This document shows positions 51,105 to 64,000 of a stretch of DNA of 64,000 bases, piece by piece; within the stretch, counting starts at the first letter, position 1; the number at the start of each line of letters is the position of its first letter. Below the pieces are notes generated by a model. It made no database searches. It was not told the origin of the DNA and saw only the letters and a program-made list of their open reading frames with translations. The stretch covers positions 434,001 through 498,000 of the forward strand of contig NOWV01000021.1 of NCBI GenBank assembly GCA_003344405.1, written 5' to 3'. The DNA comes from Trichoplax sp. H2. Its lineage: Eukaryota. Position numbers and translations under genes: made by a program.

Positions 51105-54100
51105 ACTTTGAACATTTTAAAAAAATTTTATTATGATGCCATTTTTATTGCATAGTACTTATTCATTACTCATTGATTATTTATATGTAGTTCAGATCGA
51201 TCATCATTGCTTTTGCATGGTGGTTTGTAAGACTAGAATATAATACGCATATCTTAAGATGAAGTATATTATACAACTGAATGATAACATTTTACTATAC
51301 GTGACATGTCTCTGCAAATCTTTATAATTTTGGTTAGCTTGTTCGTACCTGATTTAATCAGTAGCCAGAACGTTTAATATTTAAAATTGTGATTGACTTC
51401 GAAATTAATGTGTTTCTGAAGGCATATTCTTTACCTTAGAAATATTAATATTTATATATATACATATATATAATTTTTGGAAGTAATCAAATCGAAATTT
51501 TTTTAGGACTTTTGCTGATATTGAATATTATCTTGAATTTTAGTCAGTATAAGGTTGAAATTTATGCGGTGTATTAATTTAATACAAATTGTAAATATAT
51601 CAGTATCTCTCTGAAATTAATTAGGCGTTCTAGACAAATCCGTATTATATTTGCTAACTTGTAATACCCAGTACTGTATCAAATAAACGTTTTATTGAGA
51701 TAGTAAATGATTTACTTGTCCGTATTTAATTTATCAGATTTTATCACTTTCTTTGACTGTTAAGAAATGGTTTTAGATCCTAAAGTAAATGTATTTTATT
51801 ATCGTCATTCCCTTTGAGTATTGCTTCATCAGCTAAAAATCTTCAAATTACGTATATAACTATATACGCATATACTGAATATGTAAATTATGAATGCAAT
51901 GTTTATATAAACATGCATTGTATAATGTACTGTACAGTACATATTAGGATATGTTAGGGTAGTTTTGGCATTAGAAGTCATTTGCATTTTTTACATTGCC
52001 CGTTTGGTATACATGGCCTGTATCACATACATACTATATCATATATTGCTATCATTTTTCGTAAACTGTTGGTAGAATGGTTAAATGATGAAAGTTAAAG
52101 TTATTTACGTTGTATACTACGGCTTGAAGCTTTTGGTGAAATTAATTCATCACGGACACAAGATATGGTACAATATACGTCATTGCGAAAACAAGATGAG
52201 TTGTATGTAACTGTTAAGTTGTACAACACATCTGAAGTTCACATGTAGCACCTTATACTTGACAGTCATAATCACTAGACACTTCTAAAGTCTAATAATT
52301 TGTAGCTGCGCAGACAGGCAGATATTGAAACGAAAATGCTTGGAGTTTATCAAGGTGTTTCTTTTTCTATGATTTTTAATGTGATGGTTGAATACTTCCA
52401 AAATGCCAGTACTTTTATTATCTGCACTTCTTTCTGCCTCTACTGGTATAAATTATTTAAAGGGTTTGATAATTTGACATTTAATCTCCAAAGTATTTAA
52501 TAATTGATAGATATTTATCGATATCATATGCGACGTATAATACTTATACTGAAGAGAACAAGTATTACATGGAGATAAGATATTACATTAATTTTATAGT
52601 TAGCACAATGTAATGGTATCTTATTACATATTTTCTAATTAGCATGAGCGTAGACAAGTAAAACAATTTTAATTCAAAGCTTACATTAACTTAAAAACAA
52701 AATGAATATTTACCATATCTTTGATTCTAAGAGGTTCAGATAGAAAGATTATAACGTTGTAATATTTTGTATATTATAATTTTTGAAATGTATAATGTAA
52801 TCTTTTCCAAATATTCTATACTAGGATAATGCGAATAGCCAGTTTTCACGCTGCGAATATCATGATTTGATATCATTTTACTACATATTATATATATAAA
52901 TTATCAATAAATCCGCTTGGTATCTCTTGAGTAACCATTTCGCTGATTTACATCATAAGTAGTTTGCATGTTATCATTATGGTATCGCTGTGATGCATTT
53001 TTAACAAAAGTGAACTAAAAAACATATTCATAATGACATATTAATTTGAAACTATTCAATTATATGATACTGATATATGAAAGAATAGTACATTAATAAT
53101 TATTAACTTTAAATCATACTTTATTACTAAGTATGATTCTGCATCCACAATTTAAAAAGCTAAGTTATAGCTCATTTTTGATAACGTTGAAATTATGCCC
53201 AATTATGTCCTCTTTTCATGCTAATGTATAAGTACAACCAGTAATACGGTGAGTATGATGGCATTAATGATGACAATTGGCACGATGTACTTTGCGTATC
53301 ATCTAAAAATAGTTAAAATACAAGTTTTGGTTAATACTGTTGCCAGGAATATACGTACAAATATAGTATCAACATTAAATAAAAACTTACGTGAACTCAC
53401 TCCAGAAATATTGCCAACGGCTTAACTGATTATCCTTGGCTTCAGTACCTAGAACAAGGAATAGATCAGTAAAAATAAATACATTCGTATTATCACAAGG
53501 TAATGTTATTATAAATACGTAAATTTATTTTCGTTAGTATATGCGCATTGTAATACCATGGGTTTATGCTAAATGTAACCGGATTAATGATAGTAAATGG
53601 ACTGCTCTTTAAAACTACTAGTCATATTTGTGTTATTTGACAATTGTTGAATCCATCGAGTTTTCATTGTCGGCAGTCTAGTCCAGTGGACATTTAAGAC
53701 TATGCTCTTTCTTCCGAGTCTAAGCGTAGAAGTATCTATATATTGTATGAGATATCTACTCCAGATGTAAGAGCGCTACTTCTACGAGGATTTTGTACCC
53801 CTTTCCGTCAATTAGTAATTGCTGTTATAGAAAACTATTCGATCAAATATAATTTAACTAATACGCAGTATACAAGTATTACATGCATCGATATTCTACA
53901 GTAGGATCACAGGAATAATCCATTAACTAACATATAGTAGTAAGAACGAGATAAACAAACGATAAAAGAGTTGAATTGCTAGCGTTTAATCCTAGAATTT
54001 ATGCTACTTCTGAAGGATGTTATGCTATGATGAGATAGCATGCACTCTATTACACCTTCTGCCATCTTGATTTTGAACATACGTATGTATAGGCGTACAA

Positions 54101-54844
54101 TCCCTTCAATACACTTTACTGTAAGCGATTAATTTGCTAGTATGCTGGACATCAACAGATAGTTAACATTACATCTATATCTTATAATGGATACGGTTAA
54201 TATACGATAACTTATCTGTTATACTGTAGTTAGTTCTATTTATTTTAGATATATACCAGAATTTTCTTCCACATCTCTTGATTCTATCAGAATGTGTGTC
54301 TTTTCATTAGCCATCCGAAATTTAGACGATCTGTACAAAAGTATTGATTAATTCATTAATATCAAGTACTGTAGTAATTTCTGTATTGTTAGAATGGTTA
54401 AAAGTTCACAACTAAGTACCTACAGTAAAAGGTTTCTACCAAGCAAATTTACGCTTATGTAAGCAGAGGCAAATAAAATGGATGGATGGATTTACTTGTT
54501 TATTTATTGATTCAACTATCGCATCAGTACCGTCTATGTTGCACTAATTTCATACCGTGGTTAAGCTATTTTGATATTGTTTCTGATAGTATATAGCAAT
54601 ACTGTAATTTGATGATTTTCCACATACAGGACCGTAATTATTAGGGCTACCACTGCAACATTGCTTCAAAGTAGACGTACAGTATAGCCAATGCAACATC
54701 GATATCATTAGGGACTAGTCGGACTACCATACTACTCTTTCTTTTAGTACTGTAGTTTAGTAGTCCCTGCTATGACTCAGCGACTCAATATAGTGGTGGA
54801 CTAGAAATCAACCTAAAATTGTTCCTTGGACAACTTTGACAAGG

Positions 54845-57311
54845 ATGGAGTCGTATAAAAGCTTCGATCCAACGGAGCATGGCCTCAGTAGTAATTTTCG
54901 TCTGATTAGTTTTACCAAATTAAAAGGATGAGGGTGTAAAGTACCCCAGGAGGAACTGCTCAAACTCCTGGAGTCGCTTGGTCATGGCGATCATCGTGAA
55001 GGTTCAATTGGAATCGGCCTCGATAGCTGTGTCTTGCCTACTCGACATGATGGTATCTCCATCGTTCAAACAACAGATTTTTTTTATCCTCTAGTCAATG
55101 ACCCTTATTATCAAGGAAAAATAGCCGCTGCTAATGTCTTAAGTGATTTATATGCAATGGGTGTTACAGAATGTGACAATATGTTAATGTTGCTTGGCAT
55201 TAGTAGCCAGATGACATTACAGGAAAGGCGAATTAGTACGAAATTAGTTATGGAAGGATTTCGCGATGCATGTCTGCAAGCTGGCACAAGTGTTAATGGC
55301 GGCCAGACTGTTCTAAATCCGTGGTATATTATTGGAGGAGTTGCTAGTAGCGTCTGTAGCAGAGACGAATATATTATGTAAGATTGATTAATTCAACTGA
55401 ATTTGTAGCTAACTTAGAAAAGTAACCTAACAACAATCCACCGATAAACCTCAGCGATGGCGTCACGATCACTTTTTACCAACTACAGTAGCTGCTGATC
55501 AATTTTAACTCGATTTCTGTTAATTTAATATACGCGTATATTTATATCATGCAGAATAAGAGTTTTTTTATCGATGTATACTTCACACAGTAGCCAGTAC
55601 CTAGAATATAACAGTCAAGAGCTCTCCATTATCTGATCTATATTTTAAAGGTCTCTGCTTCTCCTAGTAGTTAGTTTCTACTTTGCAGTACAGTAGTATT
55701 CCTTTCTATACGGATATTTTTCTGGTTGCGTACTAAAATATAGCATATGAGATATGCTATACACGAGCATATCCAGTTTGTATATACAGAGTTATGGACT
55801 ACTTCACTAATGTAACAAGATCATTATTACGAAGAATAAAGCATCACATCTTGTAGTCAATGTAATACATTTATCGCACTGCAAACGTTGCATAAAGTAT
55901 AGTATATAGTAATTTATTAATACATACAGTATATCTACTTACCGTAATTCAGTATATCTAATAACCCATGGAATATGGTTAACAAACTATTGCAGTATAT
56001 GATTGAGCTTAAATTTAAAATGAACTACAGTATACTTGTTATGGTATGGTGATGTAGGGTTTATATTGAACTGCGCGAGACTCCCCAATTTATAAACGTC
56101 AATTTTGTTATTTAGGCCTGAAAATGCCAAGGTTGGTGATGTCCTAGTTTTAACTAAACCGTTAGGAACTCAAATTGCCGTCAATGCTCACCAATGGTTG
56201 GAGGAGGTAAGCTTAACTTGGTAATATTTACTATACCGTATACTCTATGCTCAAGATCGTGCGGATATTCGGTTTAACACTATTTCTAATATGCATCCTT
56301 AAATTATGCACCAGCTCTATTGCTGCTCTTCACGATGAACTCAGCCTTTTACTAATTCAAGAATACGTTATACTCTCATAACGCATTCAATTTTTAATTC
56401 CATATATGGCACAGTACATGCAATCTTACTGTTCATGTAGATATACACATGCTTGCAGTATATTAAACAAGACCATTATGCTACGACTAAGATTTCATAT
56501 CAGACGGTTTTATTTATGAATATTAATCACTTAAATCTCACTTTCAGCCATCTCAATGGGAGAAAATCGAACAAGTGATTTCTAAAGAAGACGTGATCAA
56601 AGCATATTTGACAGCCATGTTTTCTATGGCTAGATTAAATCGGAATGGTGCTAAGCTAATGCACAAATATGGAGCTCATGCAGCAACGGATGTGACCGGA
56701 TTCGGTATATTAGGCCATGCTAACAATTTAGTCCAAAACCAAAAGGAATCGGTATCTTTTATTATCAAATCTCTACCGATTATTGCCAAGATGGCTGAAG
56801 TTGCCAAGGCGTGCAAGATTAATTTCAAACTATTAGAAGGATTCTCTGCAGAGACATCCGGTAATTTTAAATATTCATATATCAGTTTAAAATTTGCCCA
56901 TTGTTTTTGATTCTATGGTATTGTACAATGAAATGGCAATCCATTTAGTGTTATTTTCACTCTACGCTATAATTGACTTTATTTAACAGTGAGTGCAGTA
57001 TTGGTTCTCATAACAACTATACTGTCTACTAGTCATGCATCAATGTGGCAATGAGTGCATGTATGGCAAGATACTGAACTACTGTATCATCCACACAAAT
57101 TGTAGTTAACGCTAATAATATAATATCGGATTAATATTCTTTCATAGGCGGTCTATTTATATGTTTGCCTCCAGAACAAGCTGCTAAGTACTGTGAAGAA
57201 ATACAACAGTTGGATAAGCATCAAGCTTGGATAATTGGTGAAGTAATCGCTGGTAACCACAAAGCTACTATTAGCCCAGATGTTCAAATCATAGAAGTTG
57301 ATTATTATTAA
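54845..57311 (+). CDS. SEPHS2: Selenophosphate synthetase 2 (selenide, water dikinase), a selenoprotein with Sec at codon 29; 4 exons (54845-55377, 56117-56206, 56548-56860, 57149-57311)
   Basis: [37 protein letters not shown] (TGA at 54929-54931 in the UxxK motif); [51 protein letters not shown]. Confidence 0.97.
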
Positions 57312-57441
57312 GAAACTTTAATTTGATAACTAACAAAACGACAGCAATTAATTAATCAGTTATTGTAAAATCAGTATGTAATATGCGCACGGCAGTTGTA
57401 AGTTTGAGCAGTTACGACTTGAACGCGTATTATGCATGACA

Positions 57442-57528
57442 ATCTCTTGTTGAATGACGTAACTCTAATAAATTGCCAATATAATGGTCAGGTAGAGTTA
57501 CTGATAGCATAGCATGCCACAAAGAGAT
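57442..57528 (+). promoter_or_regulatory. Eukaryotic SECIS element (type II-like) in the SPS2 3'UTR
   Basis: Helix I atctcttgt/acaaagagat; core ATGA (57454-57457) with (T)GA(T) (57502-57505); perfect helix II GTAACTCTA/TAGAGTTAC; apical AAA with a tgcca/tggt mini-stem; AATAAA at 57551. Confidence 0.92.
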
Positions 57529-57937
57529 ACTACAGTAAACACAGCAACTGAATAAAACAAATATTTTTGGTGTTCTACCTTGATGAACTCTAATAACCCG
57601 ATATGATATCCTTAACATTACATTTCGTTTACTGTATTTATTGTTAACGAATGATACATAAAGAGTCTTGACTTCATACAAAAAGATTCTAAATTAATCA
57701 ATGTTTAACCGGTATGCGAACTCTGCGTCGGCCAAATACTAGTCTACAGTGTTAGTATTTAATGATTGGAATACAATTTAGAAAGGATCACATACCAATA
57801 TAAAGCATGCTAGAGTTAATGGAAAAAGATAAATAGCATTCGTTAGAAATCAATCTTCCGACTGCACTGATAACTAATAAGACTGTATCGTAAAACTACA
57901 GAGCTTTTCAATATTTAAAGCTTGATACAATCAAGAA

Positions 57938-60900
57938 TTAATCTTCTTGCTGCCCGCTATTATCACCACCATCTCTGTCACTCCCGCGAGACGTTTCTCT
58001 GCGACTTTAAGATAAATAAAGATATTTTTACAAACCTGCGATAAAAGAACAATCTACTTTATGAATAAGAAGAAAATACCTTCTCTCCTCGCCTGATGAG
58101 CGTGGACGAGAACGAGACGAAGACCTGCTGCGTGTGCGTGAACGTGAACGTGAACGTGAATGGCGACGTTTAGGAGAACGAGAATACGAACCTCGTCGAC
58201 CTCTAGGCGACCTACTAGTTTTACATAAAATACGCATTTAGTTATCAAGACAATCATTACAATTCTTACAAATGTTTTCTTTATACACATGTACATTGCT
58301 GCGATAAGATGATTTAAAAGTCAACAATCCTAACCTTGCAATAGGAGATCTTGAGTCTCCGCCATCCTTTAGTAAGATAATTAGACTATTAGCTGCTACC
58401 TCTTTATGTACATTTTAATTGCCATGAAATTATAATATCATAAGGTACTGTTTTCAATACTAATAAAAGCAAACAACATCACACAAGCATTCTTACTCTG
58501 GACACCGTAATTTTTTTGCCATTGATTTCTGTGTTGTCGAGTTTTTTGATAGCATACCTTAAATCATCTTTGCTATCAAATTCTACGATACTATAAATAC
58601 AAAGAGAATCAACTAATATAACACTGAAAATGTTAACATTGATAACAGCAAGACTATCGCCACGATTATAGTAATATCACAAATTAAAAATTGATTGGAA
58701 ACAATTTAAAAGATCGATAAGTATGCCAATATGGAAAGATAATCAACTTACGCCTGGCCTACGGATTGCTTGTGTGCATCAGCGTAACTAACGCTGATGT
58801 CTGTCTTGTTTCTGATATAATCTTTTAGATCCTGATAATAGAATACGCCCTCTAGTTAACGCTGGACGGTCAACGCTACATCGGCATTTACAAGTTTAAG
58901 GCACAGAATATGCAGCAGTTGACTCGGCCTCACACAAAATTTTAGTATCCTCATCATAGCTGCAAGTAATATACATCTAATCCAGTGGTAAGTACGAAAT
59001 TAGCAAAAGTAAGTCAAGCAACCGGCGCTAGAAGTCCAAATGACTTGATAGGATGTGATTCATGTGAAGGTATCATTGTATAAAGGAATTGCATAGATTG
59101 CGCTCTATAGTAACGGTATTAGCAAGGAACTTGACATTTGCGAATGCAAAGGTAAGAAATTGGTGCAACAATAGCACTCGTGGCAATTTCAAGACAGACA
59201 CTAACGGAATACGGGTAGATTTCTATTCCGAATGCTCCTAGTATAAAGGAATGTACACATTAGGTGCACTTTGTTGTATCGACAGTTGAAATTTTATCCT
59301 ACCGACTTTGTCTGCTTCCGGAAATACTTTGCAATTATTTCAAAAAATTAACATAAACTTAATTCCAACGCCTTGGTACGATATTCCTAAGACTGGTCAC
59401 GTTTCAATCCCTCCGATCTACGCTACTGTAATCTCGAACGATATCTCTCGTCACGGTTCTGGTTAGGATGAATGTATTCGCTCGCTCGCAACTAAGTCGC
59501 ACATTGTTCGTTGGCTTTTTTTAGCGTTGACTTCGGATTTCCTCTTCTACCTTAGAACTACATTACACATGAGCCCGAGGTGGTTGGAGGACTGGCAACC
59601 CATTGCAAGACAATGACAAGGCGAATGATGGAGAGAAATATCTATTGACGGTGGCGATTGCTTACGTCTAATTAGGCACTTTGATTAAGGTAGGAACGTA
59701 GCAATTTTAGGAATTGCAAATCGAATTTGTAATTGCATAGGTAAATTCGAAAAGGCAACGCTCATAGTAGGAGAAATTGACTGTTTAGCCGAAAGAATCG
59801 CAGTATTACGAAAGTTATAAAATAGATTTCAAGATCTATCTATCAATACCGTTTACAGAGAATATGCGAATACGAAGCACTAGTATATTAGTAACGTAAA
59901 GTACAATATCGTACAAAAAACTTACTATAATTAATTATTTTAACTACGATAATATCCTAATGGATTATTTGCTTATAATGCTACATTACTAAAGTGTACC
60001 CTAGTTGTCGGGTATAATGAAGATCTACTCTGCACAAAGATTAAACTTATTCGTTTACCGGTGGTTAAGATACACACCTTTGTAATCCATGCTTTATCAA
60101 ACTAAACTACTGAATGATTTGCAATGCTATAAGAATGAGGCAATAGATATAGTTACTAACCTGCCAACTAACTCTGCTCGACAAATTGTTGATGTAAAGG
60201 CGGTAATCTGTCCGAACAGGAGCAGAGCCATACCCTGCTGCTGGTCCTCCTCCTCCACCACCACCACTATCATACAATTAGGTCAAAATCACAAAGCGTG
60301 AAAATTGTTATCAAGATAACGGAAAAAAAACGATGTTACTTTGACGTACGATGATCTGCCGCCTCTTGATCGACCATATCTATCGTCGCCGCGGCCTCTT
60401 GCTTCACGTCTATTCCTCGCAAATTCCACAATAATTCTGTATCGCATAAGCAGAAATAAATTGCCATACATGTCATAAATTTAGTACTTATGAATCTCAA
60501 TCATTCAATAAGCGTAAATAGGTAAATGCTTTCAAACTTATGTACAAGAGTTACTGTTGAGTACGAACGAATCCTTACCGGTCACCGCACAATTCTTTGT
60601 TATTGAGATCATAAACTGCATCCTCTGCATCTCTAGAGTCATCAAATTCCTGATTTTGTCAATATCAACAAAAAATCAATACAAATCTAGCGATCCAACC
60701 AGGAAGGATACAGAAATACAGCAGCTTAAAGCCAGTTTTAATCCCCCAATTTAGCCATAATCAATATTTATTCTTGATATGATATACGTATATTCATCTA
60801 TATCGTTCAACAATTTATATAATTGACTTACAACAAAGCCAAAAGTGCCTTTCAAAGTTACTTCCTTTAATTTTCCATAATCTCGAAAGAACTTTTCTAC

Positions 60901-60951
60901 ATCACGTTCACGAACTGAACTATTCAAGCGGCCAAGGTATACTCTAGTCAT
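57938..60951 (-). CDS. SRSF6: Two-RRM SR splicing factor of the SRSF4/5/6 (SRp55/B52) family, multi-exon
   Basis: MTRVYLGRLNSSVRERDVEKFFRDYGKL..GFGFV-like|EFDDSRDAEDAVYDLNNKELCGDR|IIVEFAR; Gly linker; APVRTDYRLYINNLSSRVSWQ|DLKDY; YADAHK; IVEF..AIKKLDNTEINGKKI; RS domain at 58080-58212. Confidence 0.95.
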
Positions 60952-62931
60952 TCTTCCAATCTGTTCTCTAAAAATTTTGTAATTAGATAGATAAGCGTAT
61001 AATCAAATATATATTATATATATATATATAATATATTAACCTCATGACGCATGTTTCACAGTACTCACTGTATAGTTAGCACATCAATTTATAGTCATAT
61101 ACATGTACAAGATTTAAGCTTATTAGAATAGAAATGATACCCAACTATAACCTATAACTCTCAGACAAAAGTCAGCCTGACGATATCACATTTATAGACA
61201 ATACTTCATCAAGACAATACAATAAAGTGACTGTTTATCCGTAGTTGAACAGTTCTTTCCTTTGCCAAAAATTAAGTAAAAACTGATTCTAACGTAGTCC
61301 TAAAAATAGTTGGTAGGTGCAGATTGTTAAGCTAATACCGTAGTAAACAAATGATTACTTTCAAAAAAATTTACCACTCTACAACTTTACAAATATACTT
61401 TCGGTACAATATCAATCTGTAGACGAGGGGAAGAAAAGTAATCTATCGACTGTACTGTATCTACGTACCGTACATCCCAGTAAGAAGAGTAAAGCTAGAA
61501 TTTTATTCTGGCTTTTGTCTAGTACAGGCTGTACAGAAACCATTTGACTGGTTCATTAGCACGAGTAATTTGGACAAATTTTTTAATTATATAGAATATA
61601 TTACTTAATCATAGTCACAATGTTTTGTAGTCTACAAAAGCACGACTATCCTAGAAAAGGACGAGACATTTATAGCGACAATTAAAGTGATTCAATGTTG
61701 ATATTGCAGAAATTGTCGATATGTTATCGTACTTCGACACCTTAGAATTGTTGAGCAATGGAAGTTATTTGAGGTCCCAAAAATAAATGATTATTGCGTA
61801 AAAAAATCGCACGACTCATCTTGGAAGTTGTTTATTTGAATAAGAATTATGAATCATTTATAATGCCGAAAAATATACTACTCCGCGTATAGTATTGTAT
61901 AATCGTGACTAGATTATTTTGGCTATCAGTACAGTAGTGGAAAAATGAGTAAAGGTTTTACTTGGGCAAACTTTACCCGCATTAAAATCCAAATCATGTC
62001 AATTGGTTGCAATGCAGTAGGTGAAAAGTTCAATGTAGGAGTTGCTCCAGTACTGTACGAGTACACTACACTAGTTACTCCACTATCAAAGTGTCTGAAA
62101 TACAATTCTCTATGTTCCAGTAGTCCCTAATGCCATGATACTGTACAGTGTACATGTACTGTACGTTAGTGTGTTTTGAGGGGTACCATAATCCCAGGTT
62201 ATTCAGCAGTTGAATTGTGTTCGAATTTGAGAACAAGGTATCGATAGCTTAAGAACTACGTATGAGAATTTGTGTTTCTACAACACAGTATGCAAGCGAA
62301 CGTTGATTTCCTGGATTCTCTTATAGTTCAAGTACTGTACGCGCTTGCTTGTCGTACTGCTGCATGCAGTGAAATTTTGCATCATTGCCGTGAAACATTT
62401 TCAAAGCCTTTAGTTCAATAAAGGTGGCAAAAAATAACCATTCAACACAGTCTTTTAACTGCCTAATACTAGGTTCATAAGCATAGAAATATAGTAAAAA
62501 TACTAATTACCGTGCATCCATCTCATCTATAACTTGTAAACGGATTTTATTGGATATTTTGTAGTAAAAAAATAGAGTGTAGTCTGGGTTGAAAATCCAA
62601 ACCTCCTTTGACTTGGTGTAAAGTAAAGTGTGAAATCTTTTTCAAAGCGAATTACAGTAATTTTACTCCATAGGAAAGAAATGATTCTTGTCATAATAAT
62701 CACAATATCATGATGTCAATTGCATACTATAACAACAACCTTTTAATGGAAAGCGAAAATCTCAACTCCAATTGAATTCCTTGGAATTAGCGATTGAAAA
62801 ATCAGCAAGTTGCAGCTCGAAGAAGTTGAACGGCGGCACGCGTGGCTGCTTTGAAATGAAATAAGTTGGGAAAGCTTTTCCTTTGTGTCCTATATCACGG
62901 TTTACTGAACTGCACACTGTATTAGGGACCA

Positions 62932-63129
62932 GATCGCGCACAGAAAGACAGACACCCGGTCCTGTGCAGTCTCCAGTGTACAGTCATTGGATGGCTGCAC
63001 ACTGTACTGTAGTGTACTGTATTAATTAGGGACTACTATACAGTACATTGTACTGTAGATCGCGCACAGAAAGACAGACGCCCTTTCCTGTACAGTCTAC
63101 AGTCTACAGTCTATAGTCATTGGATGGCT
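62932..63129 (+). repeat. Diverged direct repeat of about 65-70 bp (62932-62996 and 63057-63129)
   Basis: gatcgcgcacagaaagacagac..cctgt.cagtct..agtcattggatggct occurs twice. Confidence 0.8.
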
Positions 63130-63456
63130 CGAATATAGACTACTCATACATTGAATTCGAACACTATAATCTCTAGTATGGACTGCTAAAAAACGACACC
63201 TGTACTAATTTCTACAGTAGTGTACTATGTAGGGTAGCAAATACTGTAGTACATAGCACTGGTACCAATACACTGTACTGGTACCAGCCACTCCCTGCCT
63301 TGCCTGCCTGGGTGCTAAAAAGAAGCGGTAAAATCCTGCCACTCAATACTGGGCTGTAGACTGCAAATCTTCCATAGTAAATAATAGACTACGAGTCAGT
63401 AGGCTCGGAATGGAAGTGGTGGGATAATGCTTATAAACGCTACTTGAATTGGTAAT

Positions 63457-63694
63457 ATGGATCCCAATTCAGCTTTTTCCGCTTATAGTCGGTAAGTTCA
63501 GTCATCTCTACTGTATTAATTAATGTTACTATTAATAGGAGTAGAATTTTCGACTTCTGCCTTGATTTATCCAAAGCTTGCCATCGCATCGTTGTTACCG
63601 TACTCTAAGTTGTAGTGTTTATTTACAGTCTAAAAAAAATGTACCGACTAAAAATGAACGATGAAGACAGTAGACGAGCGCTTATTGCCCAAAA
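63457..63694 (+). CDS. Possible first two coding exons of an unidentified gene running off the window
   Basis: ATG..MDPNSAFSAYSR ending at a consensus donor G|GTAAGT (63492); acceptor tttacag (63628) continues in frame as LKKMYRLKMNDEDSRRALIAQK. No homology recognised. Confidence 0.3.
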
Positions 63695-64000
63695 GTAGAG
63701 ATTAATCGGAAGTGTCATCAAATAATAGATAATCTACAATGTTAGCCCTACAATCTACTTTCGGAGATCCCTTGCATAAAATACAAGGCTTAGCATTTAT
63801 ACAGTATATTCTCATCCTCACTACACTGTACTATCGTGAGATTGATTGATACCAAACAACCACTCTATTGACAATTATGATAGCAAAATTTTTACATGAG
63901 CAATCTTGGACTGCTTCATAGATAAAACACTATGTCGTAAAATTGAAATTGGTCTAAAATTACCTTTTCTTTCAACGGGCTGCTTTAGTGTATTCAGTGA

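Noticed and set aside
54929..54931. Premature stop making SPS a pseudogene
   Set aside because: The TGA sits at the catalytic U/C-x-x-K position, the rest of the ORF is intact, and a SECIS is present.
58880..58960. Box C/D snoRNA in the SR intron (ATGATGA on the minus strand)
   Set aside because: No downstream CTGA box D or terminal stem; the motif is better explained as tandem stop codons after an alternative acceptor.

Overview
AT-rich eukaryotic genomic DNA with compact genes and short spliceosomal introns. The gene content is animal-like, and the style (very short introns, pervasive CAGTA/TACTG pentamer runs) suggests a basal metazoan such as the placozoan Trichoplax; this is inference, not proven. 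Eight multi-exon protein genes were reconstructed by hand: NOP53 (-), TIMM50 (-), cofilin/ADF (-), COA6 (-), CCDC61/VFL3 (+), Pellino (+), selenophosphate synthetase SPS2 (+, in-frame UGA plus a 3'UTR SECIS) and an SRSF4/5/6-type SR protein (-). There is also a tRNA-Ser(GCT). A roughly 19 kb stretch (28.4-47.6 kb) has no recognisable gene and holds a diverged duplication, tandem arrays and two N-gaps flanked by duplicated sequence. The most notable signals are regulatory and RNA-level: Sec-recoding elements in SPS2, a candidate poison alternative 3' splice site in the long SWQ|DLKD intron of the SR gene, a U12-type intron in CCDC61, three perfect CArG boxes upstream of cofilin, and recurring promoter-associated motifs.
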